The notes under the pieces are model-generated. The model saw only the letters and a program-made list of their open reading frames with translations, had not been told where the DNA came from and did no database searches. This document shows, one piece after another, positions 1 through 10,899 of a stretch of DNA of 64,000 bases. A program made the position numbers and the translations under genes. The stretch is from an uncultured Nitrososphaeraceae archaeon. GTDB lineage: Archaea > Thermoproteota > Nitrososphaeria > Nitrososphaerales > Nitrososphaeraceae. The stretch covers positions 288,001 through 352,000 of the forward strand of contig CAVZZA010000001.1 of NCBI GenBank assembly GCA_963779615.1. Direction: 5' to 3'. Positions within the stretch are counted from its first letter, which is position 1. Every line of letters starts with the position of its first letter.

Positions 1-810
1 CCAGCCCTGTTCGTGTGCCGATGAATATGGTTGGGACGCAAGCCTCCATATTCTCAAGGGCAACGCATCAACTGGCGAATTAAAACTGCTAAAGAACAAA
101 CTGGTTCCTAAAATAGTCATGATTAATGGGGCAGTTTCACCAGCAATTCTAGATATTCCTAAAACAATACCAGTAATTATACCACTTTTAGAGCCTTTTA
201 CAACTATATGCCAAACAACCTTCCATTTGGAAATACCAAGGGCATAGGCAGCCTCCCTTAAAGAATTTGGAATTAGCTTCAATGTCTCCTCAGAAACCCT
301 AGCAACTATCGGTATCATTATTATAGATAAAACAAAGGCTCCCGCACTGACTGAAAATGAGCCTAATGTTAAAACTATGGTGATGTACCCAACTATTCCT
401 ATAACAACAGAAGGAATGCCTGTCATTACATCATTGAATAGCCTAAGAAAATATGCAAATCGTTTGCTATGGGAAGAGTATTCTGAGAGATAAATACCTA
501 CAAGAACTCCAATAGGCGCTCCAATTAGTGTGGCAAACCCGACAATCATAAGAGTTCCCTGAATTGCAGGTCCAATTCCTCCGCCAGCTGAACCCATTGC
601 ACCAGGAGGGAGAATCAGAAAATCTAGATTAAATGCACCAATTCCATTTCTAAATACATCTATTAAAATACTAACAAGTGGTATTATTGCAATGACTACA
701 AAAATAAACAATACAGCGGTAATCAAATTATTAATGATTTTTCTCTTTCTTGCATTTTTAACAACATATCCTTGAACTATAGATTTATAATCGATATTTT
801 CTTTATCCAT
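1..810 (-). CDS. pstA: Phosphate ABC transporter permease PstA (3' end runs off the window)
   Basis: Open frame from ATG at 810 (MDKENIDYK...) with GGIGPAIQGT, GIPSVVIG, EAAYALG and RIAGETAPL motifs; lies directly downstream of pstC. Confidence 0.93.
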   Translation of the reverse strand, partial: MDKENIDYKSIVQGYVVKNARKRKIINNLITAVLFIFVVIAIIPLVSILIDVFRNGIGAFNLDFLILPPGAMGSAGGGIGPAIQGTLMIVGFATLIGAPIGVLVGIYLSEYSSHSKRFAYFLRLFNDVMTGIPSVVIGIVGYITIVLTLGSFSVSAGAFVLSIIMIPIVARVSEETLKLIPNSLREAAYALGISKWKVVWHIVVKGSKSGIITGIVLGISRIAGETAPLIMTILGTSLFFSSFNSPVDALPLRIWRLASQPYSSAHEQGW

Positions 811-811
811 G

Positions 812-1808
812 TTATTCCCTCATATTAGAGTTAGACTTTGTTACCTTTGAAACTATATAAATTGCAATTACATTGATTAAAAGAGTCAGTATAAATAATA
901 CTAGTCCAAGGCCTATTAAGGCTGACAGCTGATAATTACCCGAGGCTTCATTGAATTCATTTGCAATAATACTTGACAAGGTTTGACCTGGGGAAAATAA
1001 GGAAGTTGGAATTGCAGATAAACCTACTGCATTACCAATAATCATAGTCACTAGAATTGTTTCGCCAATGGCTCTGCCCAATCCCAAAAATGATGCGCCC
1101 AGTAAACCAGATTTCCCATAAGGAAGAATAGCCGTTTTAACCATCTCCCAGCGAGTTGCGCCAAGCGCATATGCAGCTTCTTTTTGCGAATGAGGGACCG
1201 CTTTGATAACTTCTCGCGAAACAGCAGATATAATGGGAATAATCATTATTGCAAGAACTATGCCTGCAGTGAATACATCAAGTCCGAACGGAGTTCTGGC
1301 GAAAATTGATAAATTATCGCCAAATGTGTTATGGAGAGGCATTTCAATATAGTCTCTCAGATAAAATCGAAATACAAATAATGCCCATAGTCCATATACA
1401 ATACTTGGAACTGCGGCAAGTAATTCAACGACAAAAGATAGAACAGTGACCAATTTTCCTTGTTACCATTTCATTAACAAAAATTGCGATTCCTATACTG
1501 ATTGGAACTGCAATAGCCATCGCAATGACAGAGCTAACCAGTGTTCCCACAATATAAGGCAGTGCACCAAATGATTCTCGACCCTCTACAGCATTCCAAT
1601 CAGTTCCAATAATAAAATTTATGCCTTCTTTAAATAAAATTGGGAGGGAACCTTCAGTTAATGCGTAAAAAACAAGAAAAACCATAAACAAAGCATAAAT
1701 TGAAGCTCCAATTACTAGTGCTTTAAAAAATTTATCTCCAGATTTGGATCCGTTTGATTTTGACCGGATTGTCTGAACAACCTTTACCTTATGATCCTTT
1801 AAACTCAA
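812..1808 (-). CDS. pstC: Phosphate ABC transporter permease PstC, split by a +1 frameshift near 1450
   Basis: ORFs 1425-1808 and 812-1453 join as ...MVTRKIG|TVLSFVVELLAAVPSIVYGLW if one base is removed; EAAYALGATRWE and GRAIGET motifs present. Confidence 0.9.
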
Positions 1809-1831
1809 TGTTAACTTTACATAAATACATA

Positions 1832-1881
1832 TTATTAATATAAATTGCCTATATGATGTATATAGAATAACTGAACTATTT
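1832..1881 (-). promoter_or_regulatory. pstC promoter: TATA-like element plus CTATAT-type units at 1849, 1858, 1876
   Basis: + strand reads ttattaatataaattgcCTATATgatGTATATAGaataactgaaCTATTT, in the pstS-pstC intergenic region. Confidence 0.6.
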
Positions 1882-1890
1882 AGAAAAAAA

Positions 1891-2989
1891 TTATTTGGTG
1901 GAAATTGGATTTCCTTTAAAGGTTAAAGAATTCAATGTTTGGTTATTTAGTTCAACTACAGAACTAGGTAGCGGAACATATCCCAGTGGTGCTGAAAACT
2001 TTTGACCATCGGTTATAGCCCATGATATGAAATCAACAATAGCTGTTGCCTTTTGCTGATTTATAGTCGGATTTGCGCTTAATTCTTTATACAAGATGAG
2101 GTATGTGAGACTTGAGATAGGGTAAGAATCATGGCCTGGCGCGTTTGTGATTGTTACATTAGTCCACGAATCAGAGCCTTTTGGGAAAGTAGTGGCAGTT
2201 GCATCAACTGCAGCTATAGTGGAATTTATAGTCGGTAGAACAAAATTGCCATCTTTATTTTGAATAGTAGCATAGTTCATTTTTGAAGTTAAAGCATATG
2301 CAAGTTCTACATAACCAATAGAAAATTCTGAGCCTTTAATTGAAGCCGATACTCCCTCGTTACCTGGGGCACCTATGCCGTTTGGCCATGGTACTGATTT
2401 TGAAGTTCCCATCTTTTCAGACCATTCGGGGCTTACTTTAGATAGATAATCTGTAAACACAAATGTTGTACCAGAACCGTCAGAGCGATGAACTGTGTTT
2501 ATAGATTGTGAAGGCAAAGTAAGAGTTGGGTTTAACGCTTTAATTTTAGGATCATCCCATTTAGCGATTTTTCCTAAAAATATATCTGCAATTACAGGGC
2601 CTGATAATTTAAGGGAATTATCAGGAACTCCAGGCAAATTATATGATAGCACAACAGATCCAATGGTTTCTGGAATATGGACAGGGTTCACTGCTTTAGC
2701 AAATTCTGATTTGCTCAGAGGAGCATCTGTTGCCCCAAAATCAACAGTTTTTTCTAAAAATTGTTTAATTCCGCCTCCACTGCCAATAGATGCATAATTA
2801 ATATTTACATCAGGATTAACTTTTTTTGTACTCTACTCTCCATGTGTCTATTAAAGGAAATGGAAAAGTAGCTCCTGCACCATTAAGTGTTACTTGTTGT
2901 GCATTGACTGAATTAATCACAAGGGGCATTAACAACGCCGCCGTTAACAATGCCACACCGATCTTTTTAAAATTAGATATATTTGTCAT
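1891..2989 (-). CDS. pstS: Phosphate-binding protein PstS, frameshifted in an A7 run at 2821-2827
   Basis: ATG at 2989 gives a signal peptide and LNGAGATFPFPL. After removing one A the frame continues YASIGSGGG...HRSDGSGTT...GYVE...YPI. Confidence 0.92.
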
Positions 2990-3009
2990 TAAAAGTATTA
3001 TATTATTTA

Positions 3010-3059
3010 CTTATAAATCAATTATCTATATGATTACCATAAACTATATGCATCTAGTT
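3010..3059 (-). promoter_or_regulatory. pstS promoter: TATA box plus CTATAT units at 3026, 3044 (weaker unit at 3054)
   Basis: TTTATAAG on the minus strand ~25 bp upstream of the ATG, with CTATATG repeats further upstream. Confidence 0.6.
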
Positions 3060-3601
3060 AATTAAACACCAACACTTAAAGAATAATAGATTAAATGCAT
3101 ATTGTTTATCTACCTTAAATCTTAATTTTTGTCGATACAAAATTTACGTCTACGGTAGGGCATAATTTGGATAAATAACAAATGACATTAAAATTTAAAT
3201 ACCATTATAAAAAAATCACAAATCAATGTCATAACTATAACGTTATTTTAAAGGCCTATCATATACAAATCATTATCTAATGCACCCATGAATGCCTTGT
3301 CATAACACACTTCAACATTTTCTATTTAAACTGTCTCATTATTATTTGCTATCCTGGTAACACAATTGATCTCTTGTTAATACATAAGATGTATCAATAA
3401 GGGCAAGTTGAATTGGACTGCCTTGGATTTTAAAAAAGCAAATATGGTTATTGAGGTCTTTTTATTTATATACATATATTTATTCCCCTCCTCATTGTTA
3501 TGTTCATGGAAAATCCACCATCTAGCAGTGAATTTAGTAAGGCTCCTGCTAATATAATGAAAAACTGATGAGGGTTAATTGGTTTTATGGTCTATTTCAT
3601 T

Positions 3602-5041
3602 TTATGTGTTTGGTATTTTCATCAATAGTAACTGACCCCCTTCGTTTAAAGTGTGTGCCTGAACATCTAACATCCAGGTCCCTTCACCAAAAAACTCTGA
3701 AGCATCGAAAATACCGCTTGACTCCCATTCACCATGGTCTGCATTTTGATCTTCGTATTGATTAACATAGCCTATAGTTTTAAATTCATTGGTTTTTAAA
3801 TCCAGATTAATTATTTTCGCATTATTTATAACGTTGTAAGGACTTGTGGGTTTGTAACGATTATAATCATTATGATCTTCTTGAATCATTATGCTGTTTA
3901 AACTTGTATCAACATTATCCGGGTTTATCATCATGTCATGGCCAGGGGCTCGGGGGTCATCCCCATCTGCGAAAACTTTAATCGTCGCCTTGGTTGGGTC
4001 AATAGGGTCATTAAATGTAAATTGATATATTCTGCCATTTGTGAAGTTTTGTCCATTGACTGACGAAGGCGAAATTTTTTGATCATCTTCGTCCACATCA
4101 CTACCAGTTTCTACCATGTAAACGATATTGTTAAACCCATTTCGTTTGTCTGTTGCTCCATCTTCAGGTCGAATAAATTGAAATCCACCCTTATCTATTG
4201 CTTCATTATCCAATTCAGTTTCATTTTGAGTCATGTAATTCCATTCAAGAGGAATAAATTTTCCATTGACTGTTCCGTTACCGTAGTACAGGTTATTCCA
4301 TGATGATTGAGTATTGGATGTAGAGTTGTTTTCTATACCAAATACGTATAGGTTTCCTTTACCATTTAATAAATCATTAGGTGAATTTGCCATATACATA
4401 TAAAGTTCAGATTCCGTGGGATCACCATCTTCGAATGCAAGCATTACTGTTTTGTTTGCAGTGGAGAAATATGGGATATGGATAGTGTTTTCATGAGAAA
4501 ACTTTCCTAACCAGGGTAATTCTTTTACGGTGTTGTTTGTTGCATCTATTGATACAACAAGACCATCATTTGTTTCCTCGTTGGTAAAATACATTGGGTG
4601 AATAAAACCATAACCCTTTGCTAAATAACTAGAACAAAGAGCTTCATATCTTTCTGAGCCATTAATAACCAATCCTGCATCAATTATTGACGGGTTAGAT
4701 TGGTTTAGTGTGAGTTTTGAAACCTTTGCAAACCCATCTTGTCCTGTTTCGTTTTCAAGCTCATGATTAACAAATAAATCCATTTTTCCTTTTTCAGTTT
4801 GGAATGCACCTATACCATCTGGATTTTGAGGAAAATTGAACCCAGTAGTGAGATTATCGTTTGTGGTAATTAATGCATTTATTGTACTATTATATGGAAC
4901 ACTTGATGCCAATGTTACATAGTTTTTTTTTGAAGTTTTAAAAGAGTCGCTATATGCATTTTCGTAAGCAAATAAATTGCATGGAATTAACAACAACGAA
5001 ACTGTTGTTACCACCATCATAATACCGTTAATTAGGTTCAT
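3602..5041 (-). CDS. phoX: Secreted PhoX/DUF839-family alkaline phosphatase
   Basis: Signal peptide; NPDG, VNHE, LCS, HEN, RPEDGA, NPDNV, IQED, WESSG and DVQAH motifs typical of PhoX-like beta-propellers; sits upstream of pst. Confidence 0.75.
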   Translation of the reverse strand: MNLINGIMMVVTTVSLLLIPCNLFAYENAYSDSFKTSKKNYVTLASSVPYNSTINALITTNDNLTTGFNFPQNPDGIGAFQTEKGKMDLFVNHELENETGQDGFAKVSKLTLNQSNPSIIDAGLVINGSERYEALCSSYLAKGYGFIHPMYFTNEETNDGLVVSIDATNNTVKELPWLGKFSHENTIHIPYFSTANKTVMLAFEDGDPTESELYMYMANSPNDLLNGKGNLYVFGIENNSTSNTQSSWNNLYYGNGTVNGKFIPLEWNYMTQNETELDNEAIDKGGFQFIRPEDGATDKRNGFNNIVYMVETGSDVDEDDQKISPSSVNGQNFTNGRIYQFTFNDPIDPTKATIKVFADGDDPRAPGHDMMINPDNVDTSLNSIMIQEDHNDYNRYKPTSPYNVINNAKIINLDLKTNEFKTIGYVNQYEDQNADHGEWESSGIFDASEFFGEGTWMLDVQAHTLNEGGQLLLMKIPNT

Positions 5042-5097
5042 CTAATTATAATAAATTTGATCAGATTTTATTCTTTATCATCATATATTTAGTGCAT

Positions 5098-5123
5098 CTA
5101 TAATCTACTATGTTATCTATATG
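5098..5123 (-). promoter_or_regulatory. CTATA-type repeat array upstream of phoX (units at 5098, 5108, 5117)
   Basis: CTATAAtctaCTATGTtatCTATATG. Confidence 0.5.
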
Positions 5124-5309
5124 CACATCTTTTTTATCCATGTGAGCCCGGGTCATAATTCATAACTAATAAAGCTAGCCTAGAGGAGTATCATATTTTG
5201 GTGAAACAAACTACAATACAAAAGAATAGCAACAAATTGTTCATCATCCATTCTAATTGGCATTTTGCATACCATAGGGTTGATTGACTGCCAAGCAGGG
5301 ATAATCAGG

Positions 5310-5720
5310 CTAAAAGTCATTGTCGCCGCCGCCGTCCTGAAACAGCGGAAGCGCCTTTTGCACGGTGAAAAGAAGCCCTTTGGCGTTGATGCCGAATGCC
5401 TTGTCGAAGTGGTCTTCAGAGGTTTCCCCCAGGGGGGTCCAATTCCCCAATGCCGGCGTTGGCGAACAGAATGTCTATGTGGCCCTTCTGTCCCTCCTTC
5501 ACAGTGGCATACAGCATGTCAAGGTCCGCATGGTTTGAGACGTCCCCCTGTACACCGGCGATGCTTTTGCCTATTCGCCTGACTGCCGAATCGAGTTCGC
5601 TTTGGCGGCGACCGGTGATGAACACATATGCGCATCTTCTACAAACCGCTTGGCCGTGGCAAGGCCAATGCCGCTGGTTCCGCCCGTTATGACCTCAACT
5701 TTTCCTTCCGGCCTTTTCAG
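5310..5720 (-). pseudogene. Short-chain dehydrogenase/reductase fragment, frameshifted and GC-rich
   Basis: [17 protein letters not shown] / [10 protein letters not shown]...GDVS...DILFANAG / [22 protein letters not shown] spread across frames; no C-terminus. Confidence 0.8.
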
Positions 5721-5916
5721 GGTATTCTAATCGTAACGGTAGACTTTAAGTTTGCAAAGGCGGAGAAAGAGACGTTTGGTCCCTACGTTTACTAGATTTG
5801 CGGTTATATGAGACGCCGGCTAATTTCCTTTCCAACGGCAATGGCTGATTGGTTTGCTGCATTTGGATAATGGCCAAAACGAGAACCCATATCTGACATA
5901 TGGGGCATATAGTGTC

Positions 5917-6270
5917 ATGTCAAGGACAGATTTCTACCAGAAACTGGATCAGGCAAACGAGATAACACTCAGCGTTAAAGGCAGAAAATCGGGTGGAGAC
6001 ATTCCCAGGCTGGTGTGGTTTGTGCATGAGAGTGACACTCTGTATTTGCTTCCGGTTCAGGGCTCTGACACCAACTGGTACAAGAACATGCTGGCTGACC
6101 CAACGTTGAAGGTTTCCGTGTATGGTGTTGAAATAGCTGCTGAGGGCAAACCAATGACAGGCCGCAATGGTGTTGACGAGGTCGTGAGAAGATTCAGGTC
6201 CAAATACGGCGAAGAAGACGTCAAAAAGTATTATGCTAAACTTGATGTAGCAGTACAGGTTCCGCTATGA
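5917..6270 (+). CDS. Split-barrel protein, deazaflavin(F420)-dependent nitroreductase-like / DUF2255-like
   Basis: LSVKGRKSG...VWFV...TNWYKNMLADP...FRSKYG pattern; likely start is ATG 5917. Confidence 0.65.
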   Translation: MSRTDFYQKLDQANEITLSVKGRKSGGDIPRLVWFVHESDTLYLLPVQGSDTNWYKNMLADPTLKVSVYGVEIAAEGKPMTGRNGVDEVVRRFRSKYGEEDVKKYYAKLDVAVQVPL

Positions 6271-6833
6271 CCGCTACTGCCAAAAAAAGAAGCAGAGGAG
6301 CGTTGACCGGTCTAGTAGTGAGTATGAGTAGAGACACTTGAAGTGGTGCCAAGTAGAAAAGCGGTGAACCCGGTTCTTGGAGTCTGCTGTCAACGGAAAA
6401 CCAGTAACTATAGGGTCTTCTGATAAGCCCGCTCATAGTACCCAAACCCTTTATCATCAAGTATATCGATTGTGGGCTGGCCAGGGGTTTATCCATGGAA
6501 TCGAAATAAGATCGCCCTTCATGTGCTTTCTGTGTGTTACACATGAATTGGGTCTGCTAGAGATTGCAGCAGAGCCTATGACTTAATGGAGGGTGGCAAG
6601 GTATTATTCCAGGTTGTTGACAACAGAGCATAGTTAGGAATAATGCAAAAATATTTTTCGATAGTGACTTGCCATGCAAAAACTGGCAATATTCAATTAC
6701 ATCGACGGCGCCGCGTAAGGCGGCGCCAAGGTCTTTAGCCAGATATAGGCTAGGCACAAGGTCCTCCCAATGCAGAGTATTTATCTTCTACTGTTGAGTA
6801 ATCAGTGCTCCAATACTACCACACACCTTCCTA

Positions 6834-7679
6834 TTAGGTCACCGTTTGCTTTCCTTTGGTTGCATTGAGGATGAAATCGGCAATCTCATTTGGATGAGAT
6901 ACATATGATGAGTGGCTAGCATTGAGCGACAGAGTGGTGGCATTCATTTTTTCTGCGAAGGTGTGCTGGACGTCTGGAGGAATCATTTTATCAGATTCGG
7001 AAATTTGATACCATGTTGGTAATTGTTTCCATGCTGGAGGGCCGGAATTTGCAGCAAAGTTCGATTGATTGAAGGGTTTTTGTACAGTTGCCATAATGTC
7101 AGCCTCAGCAGGATCAACATCTTGGGCAAAATTTTCTCTGAATATTTCAGGGTTTAGGTAAATAAAGCCCCCACTGTCAGGCATGAAGAGTTCTTTCGGG
7201 AAGTTTGCCGGGTTGACGAAGGTAGACAGTGATTGTCCCTCATCTGGGGCAAAAGCAGCAATATAGACAAGCCCCGTAACGTTGGGATTATTGTAGCCAG
7301 CATTCGTGATTACTGCCCCACCATATGAATGACCTACAAGGGTTGCTGGTCCGCCAATGTGTTGAACTGCACGCTTAACTGTTTCAACGTCGTCTGACAA
7401 AGAGTGGAGAGGAAGTTGTACAGCGACTACCTTATGTCCTTCATCCTTTAGCATAGGAATTAGTTTGCTCCATCCAGACCCATCAGCCCACGCTCCATGG
7501 ACGAGAACAATATTTGTCGAGTTTGTTGTCATATTTTGTACTCCTTGGGGTTGCATTAAGGCATTGTTGTCTGTACTTGCGAATCCAGAATTAGTAGAAG
7601 TTGATTCAAAACTTACAAAAAATACTAAAGATATCGATAAAATTAATAATATTTTTATATTATTTATGTAATGTATCAT
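6834..7679 (-). CDS. Secreted alpha/beta hydrolase (Abhydrolase_6)
   Basis: Signal peptide; VLVHGAWADGSGW, GHSYGG nucleophile elbow, SHS catalytic His region. Confidence 0.88.
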   Translation of the reverse strand: MIHYINNIKILLILSISLVFFVSFESTSTNSGFASTDNNALMQPQGVQNMTTNSTNIVLVHGAWADGSGWSKLIPMLKDEGHKVVAVQLPLHSLSDDVETVKRAVQHIGGPATLVGHSYGGAVITNAGYNNPNVTGLVYIAAFAPDEGQSLSTFVNPANFPKELFMPDSGGFIYLNPEIFRENFAQDVDPAEADIMATVQKPFNQSNFAANSGPPAWKQLPTWYQISESDKMIPPDVQHTFAEKMNATTLSLNASHSSYVSHPNEIADFILNATKGKQTVT

Positions 7680-8121
7680 GCAAGTAACGTCAAATTATCC
7701 AGTATATAAGAATGATGAAAAGGATAACACACTAGTAGCGTGTGGTAACATTATGGAGTGAAATAGTGAAAGCATTAGCAGAATTGATTCACAAGACACT
7801 ATGAGACATCAAATAGGACAATACTCAGCAGCCCATCTACAACACACTAAAGTGTCAACATTCTCTTTCTCTTTTCCTCCATCTCTTCTTCAAGTTTTAG
7901 CTTCTGCGAATGCATACACCATATGTGATTATTGTTTAAAGGTCTTATAGTCTCTAATACTAATGTTATAATAAAGTGTAATATGGACAAACCCCGCATT
8001 AGAGCAAACCCGTGCATCAACAAAAATCAGGATGATGTTTTTGTCTCACTGGCAGTCACCTACCACTATCATATACCTTGCGGATAAAAGAGTTATTGAA
8101 GGCACCAAACTAGCACTCCTA

Positions 8122-8174
8122 TTTAGATACCATTCATTTTTGAATCACATCCCACCGGGCCCGCTTCAATAATT
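8122..8174 (+). repeat. Direct repeat copy 1 containing a tRNA-Arg-like 3' end (att-like site)
   Basis: 21-bp perfect core CACATCCCACCGGGCCCGCTT at 8146-8166 is also at 10924-10944; the flanks are similar too. Confidence 0.8.
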
Positions 8175-8476
8175 AACGCTTTTTTCGGCCCAAGTTTAGT
8201 GTATTTATCCTAAATGACAGTAGAGCTAAAAAACCACCGAGAACAAGTTTTCAATGTACCGTATAATCGGTTTTTGTAGGCATTAAAGTACATGAATCCC
8301 AAAGGCAATATCCAAAGCGACTAGAGGTTTTTCTTAACTTTGTAAAGATAGAAGGCTCAACCTTAGAGGAAAAACTCTTAGCCTGTATAATAAATCCAAA
8401 TCAAATACAGAATGGCTGCAGGATTCTTTAACCAACTTTATTGCTTTCAATGTTTTCCAGTTTTTCAACAACGCCT

Positions 8477-10240
8477 TTACCCTGGACTCTTAAATGCAGC
8501 CTTGGGAAAGCCAATCTTTATTGGATGCCTAAAAGATGAGTGAATCATGACCAATTCCCCCCTGTTTAACCTGACGATGTTGTTTTTTGTGCTTTCATCC
8601 AGGTTTGAATATGGCTCTGTGGATAACTCAGATATTCCTAATTTCCCTGTTATGTGTAATCCAGTATTTTCCTGTAACTTGTAGTCGGTAGCGCTTTTGA
8701 ACTGCTGCGCAGAAAACAGAATTGTCCCTCTGGATCTTCCCGCAATTATGGTTCTCATGATCTGATCTGAAACTGCACTTTTTCCAAAAGGGGATTTGGG
8801 TATGTATCTGTTAATCTCGTCAATAAACACAAAAATATATGGAGGCTTTTCTTTGTTTTTGATCCTGTCGCCTGTATCGCCATTTGCGCTGTCATTAGGG
8901 GAATCAAACGGGCTTGAAGAGTACAATTCATCGATGCTTTTCATCACATCCCCGACAACAAACGCTTGTTCCTCCACAGAAGATATTGTCGCCACATCTA
9001 TCACAAAGACCTGGCCTGATTTGATTTTCCTTATTTCCCCGCCAAGGTAAGTGCTTGTCACTTTTTTGTCAATGAACATTGGGGACCTCCTCATTCTTTG
9101 TAGTTGACCTAAAAAGTGCAACAGGGAGGATTTGTGTGAGACTATCGATTCGGGATATCCACTAAATTCATACAAGTCAGTCCATGTTCTTATCTCCTTT
9201 CCAGTGTTTTCCCTTAGTGGCCAGGATTCATAGATGTAATCTATGATTGATGAGAGGTTAAAACGGGTGTCATATGCCTCATAGAATAGCAATTCAAGCC
9301 TATCGTAAACATCCTGCAACTCATAGGAGTATGTTTTGAAATTTTTTGGTATGTGCATAGAATTGGGCCTGCCATCTTTGCCTCTTGGCAAAAAATAAAC
9401 TACATTCTCAAAAGGCTCCAACTCCAAATCAAGGATGTTAAATAAATCTTCTGTTCTCTCCTTGATGTCTGTTGGTTTTTGGTCTATGTGTAGCAGATCC
9501 TGTTCCTTGGTGTTGAAAATGACCAGTGCTATGTTCTCCTTCTTCTTTTCAAAAAGTGTTTGATAAGCCGATTGCAATAGAAACAAAATGTAATTGCTTT
9601 TCCTATTTCCTGAAATCCCTGAAGCATTTACGTGTGCTGTATCGGGACCAGCCAAATAAGTCAATGCTAATGAAATGGGAACCTGCAAGCCATTTGTTGT
9701 TTCTATAACCCCTGCAGGAATCGGGTCTACCATTTCTGGAATTCCTAGAGCGAAAATAATCTCATCTTCTGTGGCAAATCTAACGGGTTTGCCTATGCCT
9801 ACTGGAAAGTTTATAGAAATAGCCTCCTTACGGCCTTCCACTTTTGCCCCAGTGTTTGCCATTATCCCCACTTTTGCCAATACCGACCCTTTTGGGGAAT
9901 CGCTGCATAATATTTGTTCTTGTTTTTCTGGGTCCTTTTGGCAATCCGTAACATAATCAGCATAAACATTTTCTGCAACTGCCTGCAACTCCTTTACAAT
10001 CCCGATTGTTTTGCTGTTGTGCAAATTGTCAACTGTAACAAAATCAAAAGAGTTTACCATTGTGTTGGGCTTAACGGCAAACCAGAAGCCATCCATGTTG
10101 TTGAGGAATCTTTTTGATGCTATGGTTTTTCCAACATCCTCAGGTGAGCTTGAATCCGTCGAAATCTTTTCGTCATTCAGATTTGCTGGTGTTGACCTGA
10201 TTAAATGAGCAACCTCATCTTTCTGGTACTTTAAACTCAT
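8477..10240 (-). CDS. HerA/FtsK-superfamily ATPase with HAS-barrel-like N-terminus
   Basis: HVNASGISGNRKSNY (Walker A region), IFNTK, FIDEINRY (Walker B) and GRSRGTILFSAQQ. Confidence 0.8.
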   Translation of the reverse strand: MSLKYQKDEVAHLIRSTPANLNDEKISTDSSSPEDVGKTIASKRFLNNMDGFWFAVKPNTMVNSFDFVTVDNLHNSKTIGIVKELQAVAENVYADYVTDCQKDPEKQEQILCSDSPKGSVLAKVGIMANTGAKVEGRKEAISINFPVGIGKPVRFATEDEIIFALGIPEMVDPIPAGVIETTNGLQVPISLALTYLAGPDTAHVNASGISGNRKSNYILFLLQSAYQTLFEKKKENIALVIFNTKEQDLLHIDQKPTDIKERTEDLFNILDLELEPFENVVYFLPRGKDGRPNSMHIPKNFKTYSYELQDVYDRLELLFYEAYDTRFNLSSIIDYIYESWPLRENTGKEIRTWTDLYEFSGYPESIVSHKSSLLHFLGQLQRMRRSPMFIDKKVTSTYLGGEIRKIKSGQVFVIDVATISSVEEQAFVVGDVMKSIDELYSSSPFDSPNDSANGDTGDRIKNKEKPPYIFVFIDEINRYIPKSPFGKSAVSDQIMRTIIAGRSRGTILFSAQQFKSATDYKLQENTGLHITGKLGISELSTEPYSNLDESTKNNIVRLNRGELVMIHSSFRHPIKIGFPKAAFKSPG

Positions 10241-10318
10241 TGTTTATACTTAATGAGAGAAATTTATTAATATAGATTACATATAGAAAGAATATAGAAT
10301 AAACATAAAGTAAGTTAA

Positions 10319-10480
10319 CTATATAGGAGAAAAATATTGTGTGGAAACTGGTTTTCCGCTAAGGGCCAGGGAATTCAATGTATGTTTGTCTAGGTCTACC
10401 ACGGAGGAGGGTAATGGAACATATCCCAATGGTTTTGAATACTTTTGTCCATCGGTGATAGCCCAAGTTATAAAATCAAC
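10319..10480 (-). pseudogene. pstS: PstS C-terminal remnant
   Basis: Translates VDFITWAITDGQKYSKPLGYVPLPSSVVDLDKHTLNSLALSGKPVSTQ, versus PstS VDFISWAITDGQKFSAPLGYVPLPSSVVELNNQTLNSLTFKGNPISTK. Confidence 0.9.
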
Positions 10481-10899
10481 ATCATTATCCACCGACATTT
10501 ACACTGCAATAATTATAATGGTGGCGTTAATCAAGATAATAACCTATTTGGCTTCAGAATATGTATCAAAAAGAACCACCTGTAACCAATTAGATGATTA
10601 AATGCCATATTCTTGTCGGCCAAAGTTGTCATGTCCATCATTACGAACTTCTCCTAACTTCTGTTGAAATGGCAATAATTATTCAGTTGGCAGTTAGCTT
10701 GACCGGCAAATGCAAGAAATACCGTAATGTGGATTGCAAACTTCGTGTTAACGTGGATGTTGACTTTGTAAAATATTGCCGGTAAGTGATTTTATGGTAA
10801 TGTAGTTGCGATGAGCTTCAACAATAACCTAGTCAAGTTCTTTTTTAGATGTTAAATAGAAGATGTCTTATAACATTTATTTAAATACAGTAAACCTAG

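Noticed and set aside
10594-10785. Short + strand ORFs between the pstS remnant and the att-like repeat
   Set aside because: No motif or homology recognisable; ORF 10341-10601 is largely antisense to the pstS remnant.
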